Source: Gemmatimonadota bacterium
Lineage (GTDB): Bacteria > Gemmatimonadota > Gemmatimonadetes > Gemmatimonadales > GWC2-71-9
Reading direction: 5' to 3'
DNA: 15,446 bases
NCBI GenBank assembly: GCA_039586365.1
Contig: JBDHKN010000107.1
Location: 1-15,446, forward strand
Shown: positions 6,678-15,446 of the stretch, in pieces
Layout: each line of letters starts with the position of its first letter
How positions within the stretch are numbered: position 1 is the first letter of the stretch
Notes under the pieces: model-generated
What the model saw: the letters and a program-made list of their open reading frames with translations, nothing else
Database searches by the model: none
What the model was told of the DNA's origin: nothing
Program-made: the position numbers and the translations under genes

Positions 6678-8774
6678 CTACTGCAGACTGATCAAGTTGA
6701 GCTCTGCGGCGCTTTCCAGATACTGCAATACCGCTTCGGGGGCTACCAGCCCGTAGTAGTGCTCACCCGCCTCGCGTGCTTCGGCGGCCACATACTCGTA
6801 GATATCCAGGCCGGTCCGCTGGCCGTCGACGCAGTTGAGCACTTCGGAAGCCATCAAGTTGTGAAGCCCTGGGACTCCCCCGAGTCCAAAAAAGCCCGCC
6901 AGGAACTCCCTGGGCCCGCCGGTCACGGTCGGGCGAAGCTCGGCGAGGCGTCGCAGTGTCTCGGATCGCTGGATGGGTGGCGCGCGACGGCGATCAGTCA
7001 GGAGCCGGTAGTACTGCTCCAACTCACTCACAGCCTGCGTCTCACGTCGGTCCACTGCTTCGAGCAGCGAGGGTACCATTGCCGCACCGGTCGGGCCGAG
7101 TTCCTGCAACGAGGTCACGGCGAGGCGCTCGCGTGCGGCCGCGTAGCGGACCTGCTGGACGCCCCGGTGGTAGGCACCGGCTTTGTCAGCGTCCGTGCCG
7201 AGCCACGATAGGGCGAGGGCGAGGTTGTTTCCGATCCGCTGCGCGCCGCGGCCGACCGTCTCCGCCACCAAGGCCGGAGTGGTGGTCTCGTCGGCCGTCG
7301 CCATGATCCACGCCATGAGAGCAGTCGAGACAATGTTCCTGCCCAACTGCGTCCGATCGACGTTCCACAGGTCATCGTCCGAGCTGTGGATGTAGCGATC
7401 GGGCCAATTGGTAAACGTCACGCCCGGCACTCCGATGGGCGCTCCGTTGAATACGATATGGTCCGTGCTGCCGTGGAAGAAGATCATGCTGGCGTTGTAG
7501 CGGTGGCGCGTGCCGAGATGCGACAGGTGCGGCTTCGTATACAGGTCGGTGCCGAGAGTGACTCCGGGTCTCGTCTGCGCGAGCTGCGAGGTATTCGCGG
7601 CGACCATGTACTCGACGACCGCTTCCACCACGTCGTTGAAGAAGTGAAATCGGGACGCAGGAAGACGCGTCACGTTCTGCACTCGCATCACGTCCTGCGC
7701 CTGGTTTGCACCCACCATGTCGTTGTTGACGTTGACCCACATCTGATGGTGTGCCTCAGGATGATCGACAAAGTACTGGAACTCGCTCGAACCTTCCGTA
7801 GCCCACCAGAAGCGGATGTTGCGACGGGGCCTTGGGAGGTTCCCTTCGTCGATCAGCTTCTTGAACGCTCGTCCGATCTCGAGGAGGCTCGCCGTGCCGC
7901 TCGCATCGTCGTTGGCGGAGAACTTCTCTTCCTGGAGATGACCCGTGAGCACGATGTCCTGTCCCAGCTCTGGCTCGCTCCCACGGATGTAGGCCTCGAC
8001 CATCACCTGCCACGGTTCAGCTCCCGCCACGGATGTGAACTCGGCATCCACCGCCGCCCGCACTCTGACCGGCGTCTCGGCCCTGGCCAGGCGTGCCTTG
8101 AGCGCCAGGCCCTGCCGCAGCGACAACACGAAGGCGAAGGTACTCAACTGACCGTCCGGACCTTCGGGCGAGACCTGGGACCAGCGCAGCTGGTCAGGAC
8201 GGGAAATGGCCACGTCGCTCGACGTGCTCGGATACCAGACTAGACCTGCCGCACCTCGGTTCCAGACTGCCTCACTCATGACAACGGACATGGGTCCGTT
8301 GGCCAGCACGATCTTGCCGGACACGTCTTTGCCCGCGTAGTCCGCTTCCACGGTGCCGGTCCCCACGTCGATGATTTCTGTGGTCACGTCAGCCGCCCTG
8401 CTGTAGTCGGCCAAGTGCAGTGGGGTCTGTAGGGTACTGGCGATGCGTTCCCGCACCGGGTCTACGATCCACAGATCTGCAAACCGCCCGTTCCACGCTG
8501 GCGCCGGCCAGGGTATCGCTTGCTTGATCAACTGTACGTCCTCGAGCCCAAGCTCATTCGCTTTCCTCTCGTGGTACTGAGCCGCCTCCCACATGTCGTC
8601 CGAGCCTACAGCTCTGTGTAGTTGCGTCATGAAGCGGATGTGTTCGTAGGCGGCATCGCCCGAGATCTCTTGCGTGATGAGTTGGAGGTGTTCGGGTTTG
8701 ACAATCGGGAGCGTCTGCGCGTGGAGTGCCTGTACGCCAGCGAGCATGAGGAGAACTGTCAATGTGCGCGTCAT
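6678..8774 (-). CDS. Secreted M28-family-like metallopeptidase with PA domain, paralog 2
   Basis: Start set at ATG 8774 (MTRTLTVLL...) by match with paralog 3. Signal peptide. Motifs GHLQEEKFSANDDASG, WWATEGSS, NNDMVG, STDH, YIHSSDDD. Confidence 0.9.
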   Translation of the reverse strand: MTRTLTVLLMLAGVQALHAQTLPIVKPEHLQLITQEISGDAAYEHIRFMTQLHRAVGSDDMWEAAQYHERKANELGLEDVQLIKQAIPWPAPAWNGRFADLWIVDPVRERIASTLQTPLHLADYSRAADVTTEIIDVGTGTVEADYAGKDVSGKIVLANGPMSVVMSEAVWNRGAAGLVWYPSTSSDVAISRPDQLRWSQVSPEGPDGQLSTFAFVLSLRQGLALKARLARAETPVRVRAAVDAEFTSVAGAEPWQVMVEAYIRGSEPELGQDIVLTGHLQEEKFSANDDASGTASLLEIGRAFKKLIDEGNLPRPRRNIRFWWATEGSSEFQYFVDHPEAHHQMWVNVNNDMVGANQAQDVMRVQNVTRLPASRFHFFNDVVEAVVEYMVAANTSQLAQTRPGVTLGTDLYTKPHLSHLGTRHRYNASMIFFHGSTDHIVFNGAPIGVPGVTFTNWPDRYIHSSDDDLWNVDRTQLGRNIVSTALMAWIMATADETTTPALVAETVGRGAQRIGNNLALALSWLGTDADKAGAYHRGVQQVRYAAARERLAVTSLQELGPTGAAMVPSLLEAVDRRETQAVSELEQYYRLLTDRRRAPPIQRSETLRRLAELRPTVTGGPREFLAGFFGLGGVPGLHNLMASEVLNCVDGQRTGLDIYEYVAAEAREAGEHYYGLVAPEAVLQYLESAAELNLISLQ

Positions 8775-8840
8775 CTTTTGCACCGTGCCTTTCAGTAGCG
8801 AATTCCCCACAACCGTCTACTCTCTCTCGGCAATCTCTTC

Positions 8841-10940
8841 CTACCGCAAACCGATCAAGTCGAACTCAGCGAGTGCCTCCAGGTAGCGCTCCACGGCTTC
8901 CGGGGTCACCGTCCCATAGTAGTGCTCTCCCGCTTCACGGGCTTCCGCGGCCACGTACTCGTAGATCTCCAGACCGGTGCGCTCCCCGTCGATGCAGTTG
9001 AGTACCTCAAATGCCATCAAGTCGTGTAGTCCTGGGACGCCGGGGATCTGTTGCCTCACCGGCAGGAACTCCGTGGGGTCAGCAGTCACCGTCGGGTGCA
9101 GGTCAGCGAGGCGTCGCTGGGCGTCGGATCGCTCAACTTGAGGTGCCGGACGCTGGCCGGTGAGAAGACGGTAATACTGCTCCACCTCGCTCACCGCCTG
9201 CGTCTCCCGCTGGTTCACCGCCTCGAGCAACTGGGGAACCATCGCAGCACCCTCGGAGCCGAGTTCCTGCAACGACGTCACGGCCAAGCGCTCGCGTGCT
9301 GCTGCGTAGCGGACCTGCTTCACACCGCGGTGGTAGGCACCGGTCTTTTCGGTCTCCGTGCCGAGCCATGACAGAGCGAGGGCGAGGTTGTTTCCGATCC
9401 GCTGCGCGCCGCGACCGAGCGTCTCTGCCGCTAGGGCCGGAGTGGTGCTCTCGTCGGCGGTTGCCATGATCCACGCCATGAGCGCGGTCGAGACGATGTT
9501 CCTGCCGAACTGGGTGCGATCGACGTTCCACAGGTCATCGTCCGAGCTGTGGATGTAGCGGTCGGGCCAATTGGTGAAGGTTACGCCCGGTACTCCGATC
9601 GGTGCCTCGTTGAAAGTCATGTGGTCCGTGCTGTTGTGGAAGAAGATCATGCTGGCGTTGTAGCGGTGACGCGTACCTAGATGCGAGAGGTGCGGTTTGG
9701 TGTATAGATCGGTGCCGAGGACTACTCCGGCTCGCGTCTGTGCTAGCTGCGACGTATTCGCCGCGACCATGTACTCTATCACCGCTTCCGCCACGTCGTT
9801 GAAGAAGTGGAACCGAGATGCCGGCAGGCGCGTGATGTTCTGAACCCGCATTACGTCCTGTGCCTGGTTCGCGCCCACCATGTCGTTGTTGACGTTCACC
9901 CACATCTGATGGTGCGCCTCAGGATGATCGGCAAAGTACTGGCGCTGTGAGGAGATCTCGGTGACCCACCAGAAGCGGATGTTGCGCCGCGGACGCGGCA
10001 AGCTTCCCTCGTCGATCAGCTTCGTCAACGCGCGCCCAATCTCGAGCAAGCTCGCGGTGCCGCTCGCATCATCATTGGCTGAAGTCTTTTCCTCTTGGAG
10101 GTGTCCAGTTAGCACGACGTCCTGTCCCAGCTCCGGCTCTGTGCCCCGGATGTAAGCCTCCACCATCACTTGCCAGGGCTCGTCTCCTGCCTCGGAGGTG
10201 AACTCGGCGTCCACCACTGCTCGCACTCTGACGGGCGCTTGGGATCGGGCCAACCTTTGTTTGAGAGCGAGGCCCTGCCGTAACGACAAGCTGAAGGCGA
10301 AGGTGCTCAGCTGGCCGTCCGGCCCTTCGGGCGAGACCCGCGTCCAGCGCAACTGGTCCGGACGGGAGAGCGCGACGTCACTCATAGTGCTCGGGTACCA
10401 AACGACACCGGCTGCACCTTTGTTCCACACCGCTTCGCGCATCACCGCCTCCAGCGATCCGTTGGCGAGCACGATCTTACCTGAGACGTCTTTGCCTACG
10501 TAGTCCGCTGCATCGCTGCCTGTCCCTGCGTCGATGAGTTCGGTGGTCACGTCGGTTGCTCGGCTGTAATCGGCCAGGTGCAGTGGGGTCTGGAGCGTGC
10601 TGGCGATGCGTTCTCTCACCGGTTCTACGATCCACAGATCCGCGAAACGGGCGTTCCACGGGCGGCTTCCTCGAGAGTAGGCTTGCTTGATGAGTTGAAC
10701 GTCCTCGAGTTCGAACTCCATCGCTTTCTGCTCATGGTATGCAGCTGCATTCCAGAGACCGTCTCCCCCGCCCGTCGTCCGATGCAGATGTGTCATCACG
10801 CGGATGTGTTCGTAGGCGGCATCGCCCGAGATCTCTTGCGTGATGAGTTGGAGGTGCTCGGGTTTGATAATCGGGAGTGTCTGCGCGCCGAGCGCCTGCA
10901 CGCCGGCGAGCATGAGGAGAACTGTCAATGTGCGCGTCAT
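8841..10940 (-). CDS. Secreted M28-family-like metallopeptidase with PA domain, paralog 3
   Basis: 699 aa, collinear with and highly similar to paralog 2. Motifs GHLQEEKTSANDDASG, WWVTEISS, NNDMVG, YIHSSDDD. Confidence 0.9.
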   Translation of the reverse strand: MTRTLTVLLMLAGVQALGAQTLPIIKPEHLQLITQEISGDAAYEHIRVMTHLHRTTGGGDGLWNAAAYHEQKAMEFELEDVQLIKQAYSRGSRPWNARFADLWIVEPVRERIASTLQTPLHLADYSRATDVTTELIDAGTGSDAADYVGKDVSGKIVLANGSLEAVMREAVWNKGAAGVVWYPSTMSDVALSRPDQLRWTRVSPEGPDGQLSTFAFSLSLRQGLALKQRLARSQAPVRVRAVVDAEFTSEAGDEPWQVMVEAYIRGTEPELGQDVVLTGHLQEEKTSANDDASGTASLLEIGRALTKLIDEGSLPRPRRNIRFWWVTEISSQRQYFADHPEAHHQMWVNVNNDMVGANQAQDVMRVQNITRLPASRFHFFNDVAEAVIEYMVAANTSQLAQTRAGVVLGTDLYTKPHLSHLGTRHRYNASMIFFHNSTDHMTFNEAPIGVPGVTFTNWPDRYIHSSDDDLWNVDRTQFGRNIVSTALMAWIMATADESTTPALAAETLGRGAQRIGNNLALALSWLGTETEKTGAYHRGVKQVRYAAARERLAVTSLQELGSEGAAMVPQLLEAVNQRETQAVSEVEQYYRLLTGQRPAPQVERSDAQRRLADLHPTVTADPTEFLPVRQQIPGVPGLHDLMAFEVLNCIDGERTGLEIYEYVAAEAREAGEHYYGTVTPEAVERYLEALAEFDLIGLR

Positions 10941-11043
10941 TGTGATGCACCTTGCCTTTCCCCGCGTTGCGTTCGCGTTGAGCTTCAGTATTTGCTATGG
11001 AGTCGGACGGTAAGCGACATGTCACACCCTCCTCTACCGTTAC

Positions 11044-12756
11044 TCAGTATCTCCAGCTCCGGACGTCCGCTCCCGGAGGTGCCGTCCGTGTAAGATGCCT
11101 GGCCATCTGCGGCAGGACGAACTCCACGCTGCTCTGCCCGGGCGGGGCGCCGGTGTAGCAGTGCGGTTGCCGCTCACCCCATTCCACGCTGCCGGCGTAG
11201 TACGGATCTCGTGTGCCCTCGAGGAATTGCTCCATCAGGCGCATGGCTTCCTCCAGCACGAAGGTGTCCATGTCGCCCATGTAGATGTGGATCTTGCCGC
11301 GGAGCTTGGGGCCGAGTGTCGCCCAGTCGCGCTCCAGGATGTGGCGCAGGTCGTAGTTCTCCCGCCAGTAATCGATCACGCCCTTGTCGATTGCGCCCGT
11401 GCGTTTGTCGTAGAGCAGACGTGTGTAGCCGTCCTCCGCCACGGGACCGTACACGGCCTGAAAGATGTCCAGCTGTCCGCCGGAACGTCCCCTGGTGCCT
11501 AGCACCAATTCGACAGTGCTGGCGTCCTTGTAAGTCATCAGCACCTGGTCGTCCACGCCTCGCATCACGGGTCTGATGGGGTCGTGTTTCCACTCGCTGT
11601 TAGGGTAGTAGGCGTTGTCGTCCTCGTAGATGTTGACTAGCTGGAAGTAGCGGAAGTCTACGGGATCGGGACAGAACGACCAGGTGCCGTTGAACAGGTC
11701 CGGGTAGAAGATCTGCACCGCTAACGCCCGCCAGCCGCCGGTGGAGCCGCCGAACAGCGTGCGGGCCCAGCCCTCGCCGATGCCCCGGAACTGTTGCTCG
11801 ACGTAGGGGATCAGCTCCTGGGTGATCGCGTCCCCATACGGGCCCACGTTGGCGGAGTTCACGGCGTAGGAGTCATCGTAGTAGGGAGTTGGGTCCTGGG
11901 GCATGACGATGAGCATCTTGGGAAGCTGGCCCGACGTCCACTTGCGATAGAAGTCGTATGCGCTCGCCTGGCTGGCGCTGGCCCGGCCCGTTGCAGCGGG
12001 ATCGGGGGGCTGTTCGCGGAACCAACCGAACGTCGGAGCGAAGTGCCCCTGCGAATAGGCCACGGGGTAACGTGCGTCGGGATACGACTCGAAGCCCGGG
12101 GGCAACAGCACGACTGCGCCGATGTACATGTCGGTGCCCCAGAACTCGCTCACCAGTTCGCTCTTGATCTTCACATGCTTGACGTAGCGAGTGTCCTCGG
12201 GCGGTTCGATAGGCGGGATCTTGTTGGTCAGCTCGATGCGAACCGTGCCGCCACCCTCAGGATCGATGGTGATCTGTTGCACGTCGCTGTAGAGATTGCC
12301 GGGCGAGATGTTCCAGTGCTGCCCCTCCCACTGATCCATGTGCAACTTGACGACGTGTCCGTCGGCCCGGTGAAACGTGGTGTACACGTTCAGCACCGCC
12401 TGGACATTGTACTCGCGGGCGGGGAGGTCTGCGATGCTACTCACCGGATAGCCGAGCACCGCGTCGTCGATGACCGCGCGTTGGCCGGGTGCGAGTCCCT
12501 CCACCTCTATACCGAAGAACGGTTGTGTCTGCGGTCCCCAACTGGCGGCGTGAAACCGCGGCTCTTGGTCGTCCCGAGTTGACAGGAGTAGCAGTGCTCG
12601 GCCATCGAGCGGTTGCGTTTCGATCGAGGCGGGGAAGGAGATCTCGAACTTGAGGTCGCTGCGTCCGGCGCCCGCGCCTTGGCAGGCAATCGTCCCCAGG
12701 GCTAGCAATGCAAACAGTGCCGCGTGCGTGGCCGTGATCGACTGATTCGCAAGCAT
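11044..12756 (-). CDS. Lipoprotein alpha/beta-hydrolase (putative esterase, enterochelin-esterase-like fold)
   Basis: Nucleophile elbow FGGSTGGW, candidate Asp (GDMDTF) and His (QPHC), DDSYAVNSANVGPYGD motif. Lipobox-like GTIAC after a hydrophobic stretch. Start is ATG 12756, or 12810 (which has AGGAG). Confidence 0.85.
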   Translation of the reverse strand: MLANQSITATHAALFALLALGTIACQGAGAGRSDLKFEISFPASIETQPLDGRALLLLSTRDDQEPRFHAASWGPQTQPFFGIEVEGLAPGQRAVIDDAVLGYPVSSIADLPAREYNVQAVLNVYTTFHRADGHVVKLHMDQWEGQHWNISPGNLYSDVQQITIDPEGGGTVRIELTNKIPPIEPPEDTRYVKHVKIKSELVSEFWGTDMYIGAVVLLPPGFESYPDARYPVAYSQGHFAPTFGWFREQPPDPAATGRASASQASAYDFYRKWTSGQLPKMLIVMPQDPTPYYDDSYAVNSANVGPYGDAITQELIPYVEQQFRGIGEGWARTLFGGSTGGWRALAVQIFYPDLFNGTWSFCPDPVDFRYFQLVNIYEDDNAYYPNSEWKHDPIRPVMRGVDDQVLMTYKDASTVELVLGTRGRSGGQLDIFQAVYGPVAEDGYTRLLYDKRTGAIDKGVIDYWRENYDLRHILERDWATLGPKLRGKIHIYMGDMDTFVLEEAMRLMEQFLEGTRDPYYAGSVEWGERQPHCYTGAPPGQSSVEFVLPQMARHLTRTAPPGADVRSWRY

Positions 12757-13200
12757 ACTGCGTACCTTCTGACCATCATTTCTGGTGTGACTGAACGGCG
12801 GGACGTGCATGGTATCACTCCTGAGTTGTCGTCGGGTCGAGACACCTCCTCTCGGCCATGGACTTATCACGATTTCCTCGTCCCGGCAAGCACTACTTGA
12901 CGCGTGGTGGTCTCGCGGGACATACTATCCGGAGCGCTGTGGGCCCCCCTCCCTTTTTGCTTGGTCTGCAGCGTCGTGACCTGTAGGACAGGTAACAGCC
13001 CTAAAGAACTTCGTCTGCCACGGCGCCGCGTCTCTTGACTGGCGGTGAGCCGGGGGGAGTATTGCCGTTCCCGTGGTTGGCAGGCGGGTATGTAGTTTTT
13101 CGCTGGGACCGCCAGGGCAGTACTCTGGTTGCGGCCCCCTGTTCGACCCTCGCAGACCGGCTGCGGCCCTCCCGTTGCAGCGGTCGAAAGGAGGCAGGTC

Positions 13201-15446
13201 ATGGGCAGGAGACTTGTTCTTTGTGCGCTCGCGTTGCTGTTCGCTTTGGGTGGCGATGCGCTCGCGCAAACACGAGTGATCGCTGGGCGCGTCATGGACG
13301 CGACCGCCAACACACCCCTCTCCTCGGCACAGATCCTGGTAGTGGGCGCAACTATCTCGGCGACAACGAACGAGAACGGCAACTTCAGCATCGGGGTGCC
13401 CGACAGTACGGTCCGCCTGATGGTCCGCATGATCGGATACCGCCGGGCCGAAGTAGTCGTGCCGCGGACCCAGAGCAGCGTGTCGGTCTTTCTCGAGGCC
13501 GACATCCTGCGGCTGGAAGAGATCGTCGTGACCGGCACCGCGACGGGCGTAGAACGCCGCAACCTGGCTCAGGCGATCTCCACAATCAGCAGTGAGGAGA
13601 TCGCGCTGGCGCCAACCCAGACCGTCGAGGCAGCCTTCTACGGTAGGGTGGCGGGCGCCGACGTCCAGGCCAACAACGGTGCCCCCGGCGGAGGGATGCA
13701 GATTCGACTGCGGGGCGTATCGTCGATTCTCGGTGCTTCGTCGCCGTTGTACGTGGTCGACGGGGTTGTCGTGAACGACGGGTCCATCGGAACGCTGTTG
13801 GGCACGGGGAGCCGATTCATCACGCGAGCGAACGCCGGTACGGAGGAAAACTCGCCCAACCGGATCGCGGATCTGAACCCGAACGACATCGAGAACATCG
13901 AGATTCTGAAGGGCGCCGCTGCGGCGGCGATCTATGGGTCCAAAGCCAACAACGGGGTGATCTTGATCACGACGAAGCGTGGCCGTGTTGGCCGGCCGCA
14001 GTTCGACATCACGCAGCGCTTTGGCGTCCCGGCGATGTCCAACAAGCTTGGCTTGCGGACGTTCGAGACTCTGGACGATGCAATAGAGGCATTCGGCCCG
14101 TGTGCGGCGCCAGCCGGGCCGCAGCGCGACCCGACCGCGTCCTGCAAGTCTGACGACGGCTGGGTGGCTGGTAGGGCGTTCGATCACGAGCAGGAACTCG
14201 CCGGCAACAACCCGCTCTCGTATGAGACTTCTCTCAGCGTAACCGGTGGGACCGAGGACACTCGCTACTTCGTGTCGGCCCTTGTGAAACACGATGGTGG
14301 TATTGTCACCAACACCGGATACAACAAACAATCCCTCAAGCTGAACATCGATCAGGACGTGGGATCAGGCGTGCAGTTCCAGCTCAGCACCAATGCCGTC
14401 CACTCGTACGCGTCACGCGGACTGACCAACAACGACAACCGCAGCGTAAGCTATTGGATGGCGCTCCCGCAGGTACCGACCTTCATCGATATCAGGCAGC
14501 GCGACGACGGATCTTGGCCGGTTAGCCCGTTTGCGAACAGCAATCCCCTCGAGACGGCCGCGCTGGTCAAGAACGACGAGAACGTCTATCGCTTCATCGG
14601 TTCCGCGAACCTGAGCTGGGACGCTCTGAAGACTGCATCGCACGAACTCCGGTTCTCCGTGGTAGGAGGAACCGACTATTTCAGTCAGAAGAACTTCACT
14701 TTTGCGCCGCCGGAGGCTCAGTTCGAGCCCATCGACGGCAAGCCCGGGACGTCGATTCAGGGCACGGCCTCCAGTCTGAGCTACAACGTCAACTTCAATG
14801 GCGTGCACACCCTCACCCCGAGCGATGCGCTGTCGGCCACGACGTCCCTCGGGTGGCAGTATGAGGTGCGGGACATCGACAACATCATGAGCATTGCAGA
14901 GGACCTCGTAGGCGGTCTGGCGAACATAGAGGCCGGCACCGTGACGCAGCTCAACCAAGAGCGCCACCGGACCGAAGAGATGGGGTTGTTCGCTCAGGAG
15001 GAGGTGTTGATCGCCGAGCGATTGATGCTTACCGCTGGCCTGCGGGTGGATCGGAGCAGCAACAACTCCGATCCCGATAAGACCTACGTCTATCCCAAGG
15101 CCGCCGCATCCTACCGCGTCCCGGTGGGCGTCGGTGTCTTCAATGAGATCAAGTTGCGGGCGGCCTACGGCGAGTCCGGCAACCAGCCCCAATATGGGAC
15201 CAAGTTCAGCCCGCTGAATCCCGGGAACATCGTAGGGCTCCAGACTCTGCGACTTGGCACCACCGTCGCCGCTCCGGATATCCGGCCCGAGCGACAGAAA
15301 GAGATCGAGGGCGGCGTCGACGCCGCGTTGTTCGACAACCGGGCGTCGTTGGAGGTGACGGTGTACCAGAAGCGGATCACGGACTTGCTGGTGCGCCAGT
15401 CGTTGGCGCCATCGACCGGCTTCAATCGGCTCAACTTCAACGGTGG
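13201..15446 (+). CDS. SusC/RagA-family TonB-dependent outer-membrane transporter (3' end outside the window; not in ORF track)
   Basis: SD AAAGGAGG, ATG 13201, frame open to the window end. MGRRLVLCALALLFALGGDALAQ signal peptide, N-terminal extension domain, LEEIVVTG, IRLRGVSS, PLYVVDGV and the signature DLNPNDIENIEILKGAAAAAIYGSKANNGVILITTKRG. Confidence 0.95.
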   Translation, partial: MGRRLVLCALALLFALGGDALAQTRVIAGRVMDATANTPLSSAQILVVGATISATTNENGNFSIGVPDSTVRLMVRMIGYRRAEVVVPRTQSSVSVFLEADILRLEEIVVTGTATGVERRNLAQAISTISSEEIALAPTQTVEAAFYGRVAGADVQANNGAPGGGMQIRLRGVSSILGASSPLYVVDGVVVNDGSIGTLLGTGSRFITRANAGTEENSPNRIADLNPNDIENIEILKGAAAAAIYGSKANNGVILITTKRGRVGRPQFDITQRFGVPAMSNKLGLRTFETLDDAIEAFGPCAAPAGPQRDPTASCKSDDGWVAGRAFDHEQELAGNNPLSYETSLSVTGGTEDTRYFVSALVKHDGGIVTNTGYNKQSLKLNIDQDVGSGVQFQLSTNAVHSYASRGLTNNDNRSVSYWMALPQVPTFIDIRQRDDGSWPVSPFANSNPLETAALVKNDENVYRFIGSANLSWDALKTASHELRFSVVGGTDYFSQKNFTFAPPEAQFEPIDGKPGTSIQGTASSLSYNVNFNGVHTLTPSDALSATTSLGWQYEVRDIDNIMSIAEDLVGGLANIEAGTVTQLNQERHRTEEMGLFAQEEVLIAERLMLTAGLRVDRSSNNSDPDKTYVYPKAAASYRVPVGVGVFNEIKLRAAYGESGNQPQYGTKFSPLNPGNIVGLQTLRLGTTVAAPDIRPERQKEIEGGVDAALFDNRASLEVTVYQKRITDLLVRQSLAPSTGFNRLNFNG

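Noticed and set aside
13035..13063. TTGACT -35-like hexamer upstream of SusC
   Set aside because: The corresponding -10 (GAGTAT/AGTATT) is weak; the promoter cannot be supported from sequence alone.
12867..15440. Long minus-strand ORFs (12925..14331, 14413..15192 and others) and similar shadow ORFs over the other genes
   Set aside because: Antisense or alternate-frame shadows of GC-rich real genes; the SusC frame on + carries the family signatures.
1..15446. CRISPR array, tRNA, rRNA, integrase or transposase
   Set aside because: No regularly spaced repeat-spacer units or recognisable motifs were seen.

Overview
GC-rich bacterial DNA; gene content and style suggest Gemmatimonadota (inference). 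The window looks like a peptide uptake/processing neighbourhood. It has three secreted M28-like (PA-domain, DUF4910-like) metallopeptidase paralogs, two of them a recent tandem duplicate, plus a CBM9-like/DUF5916 outer-membrane protein, a lipoprotein alpha/beta-hydrolase and the 5' part of a SusC/RagA TonB-dependent transporter (missed by the ORF track, runs off the window). Less expected elements: (i) an unannotated 53-aa lipopeptide gene (151-312, minus) with a twice-repeated GxQGSQT core, an operator-like palindrome and five upstream TGGGAC boxes; (ii) a small Cys-rich gene bracketed by a direct repeat of the DUF5916 3' end, whose second copy forms a 14-bp hairpin; (iii) non-canonical metal-site motifs and a C-terminal winged-helix/PqqD-like tail in all three peptidases; (iv) possible pseudoknots in the SusC leader. 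No rRNA, tRNA, CRISPR or transposase was recognised.
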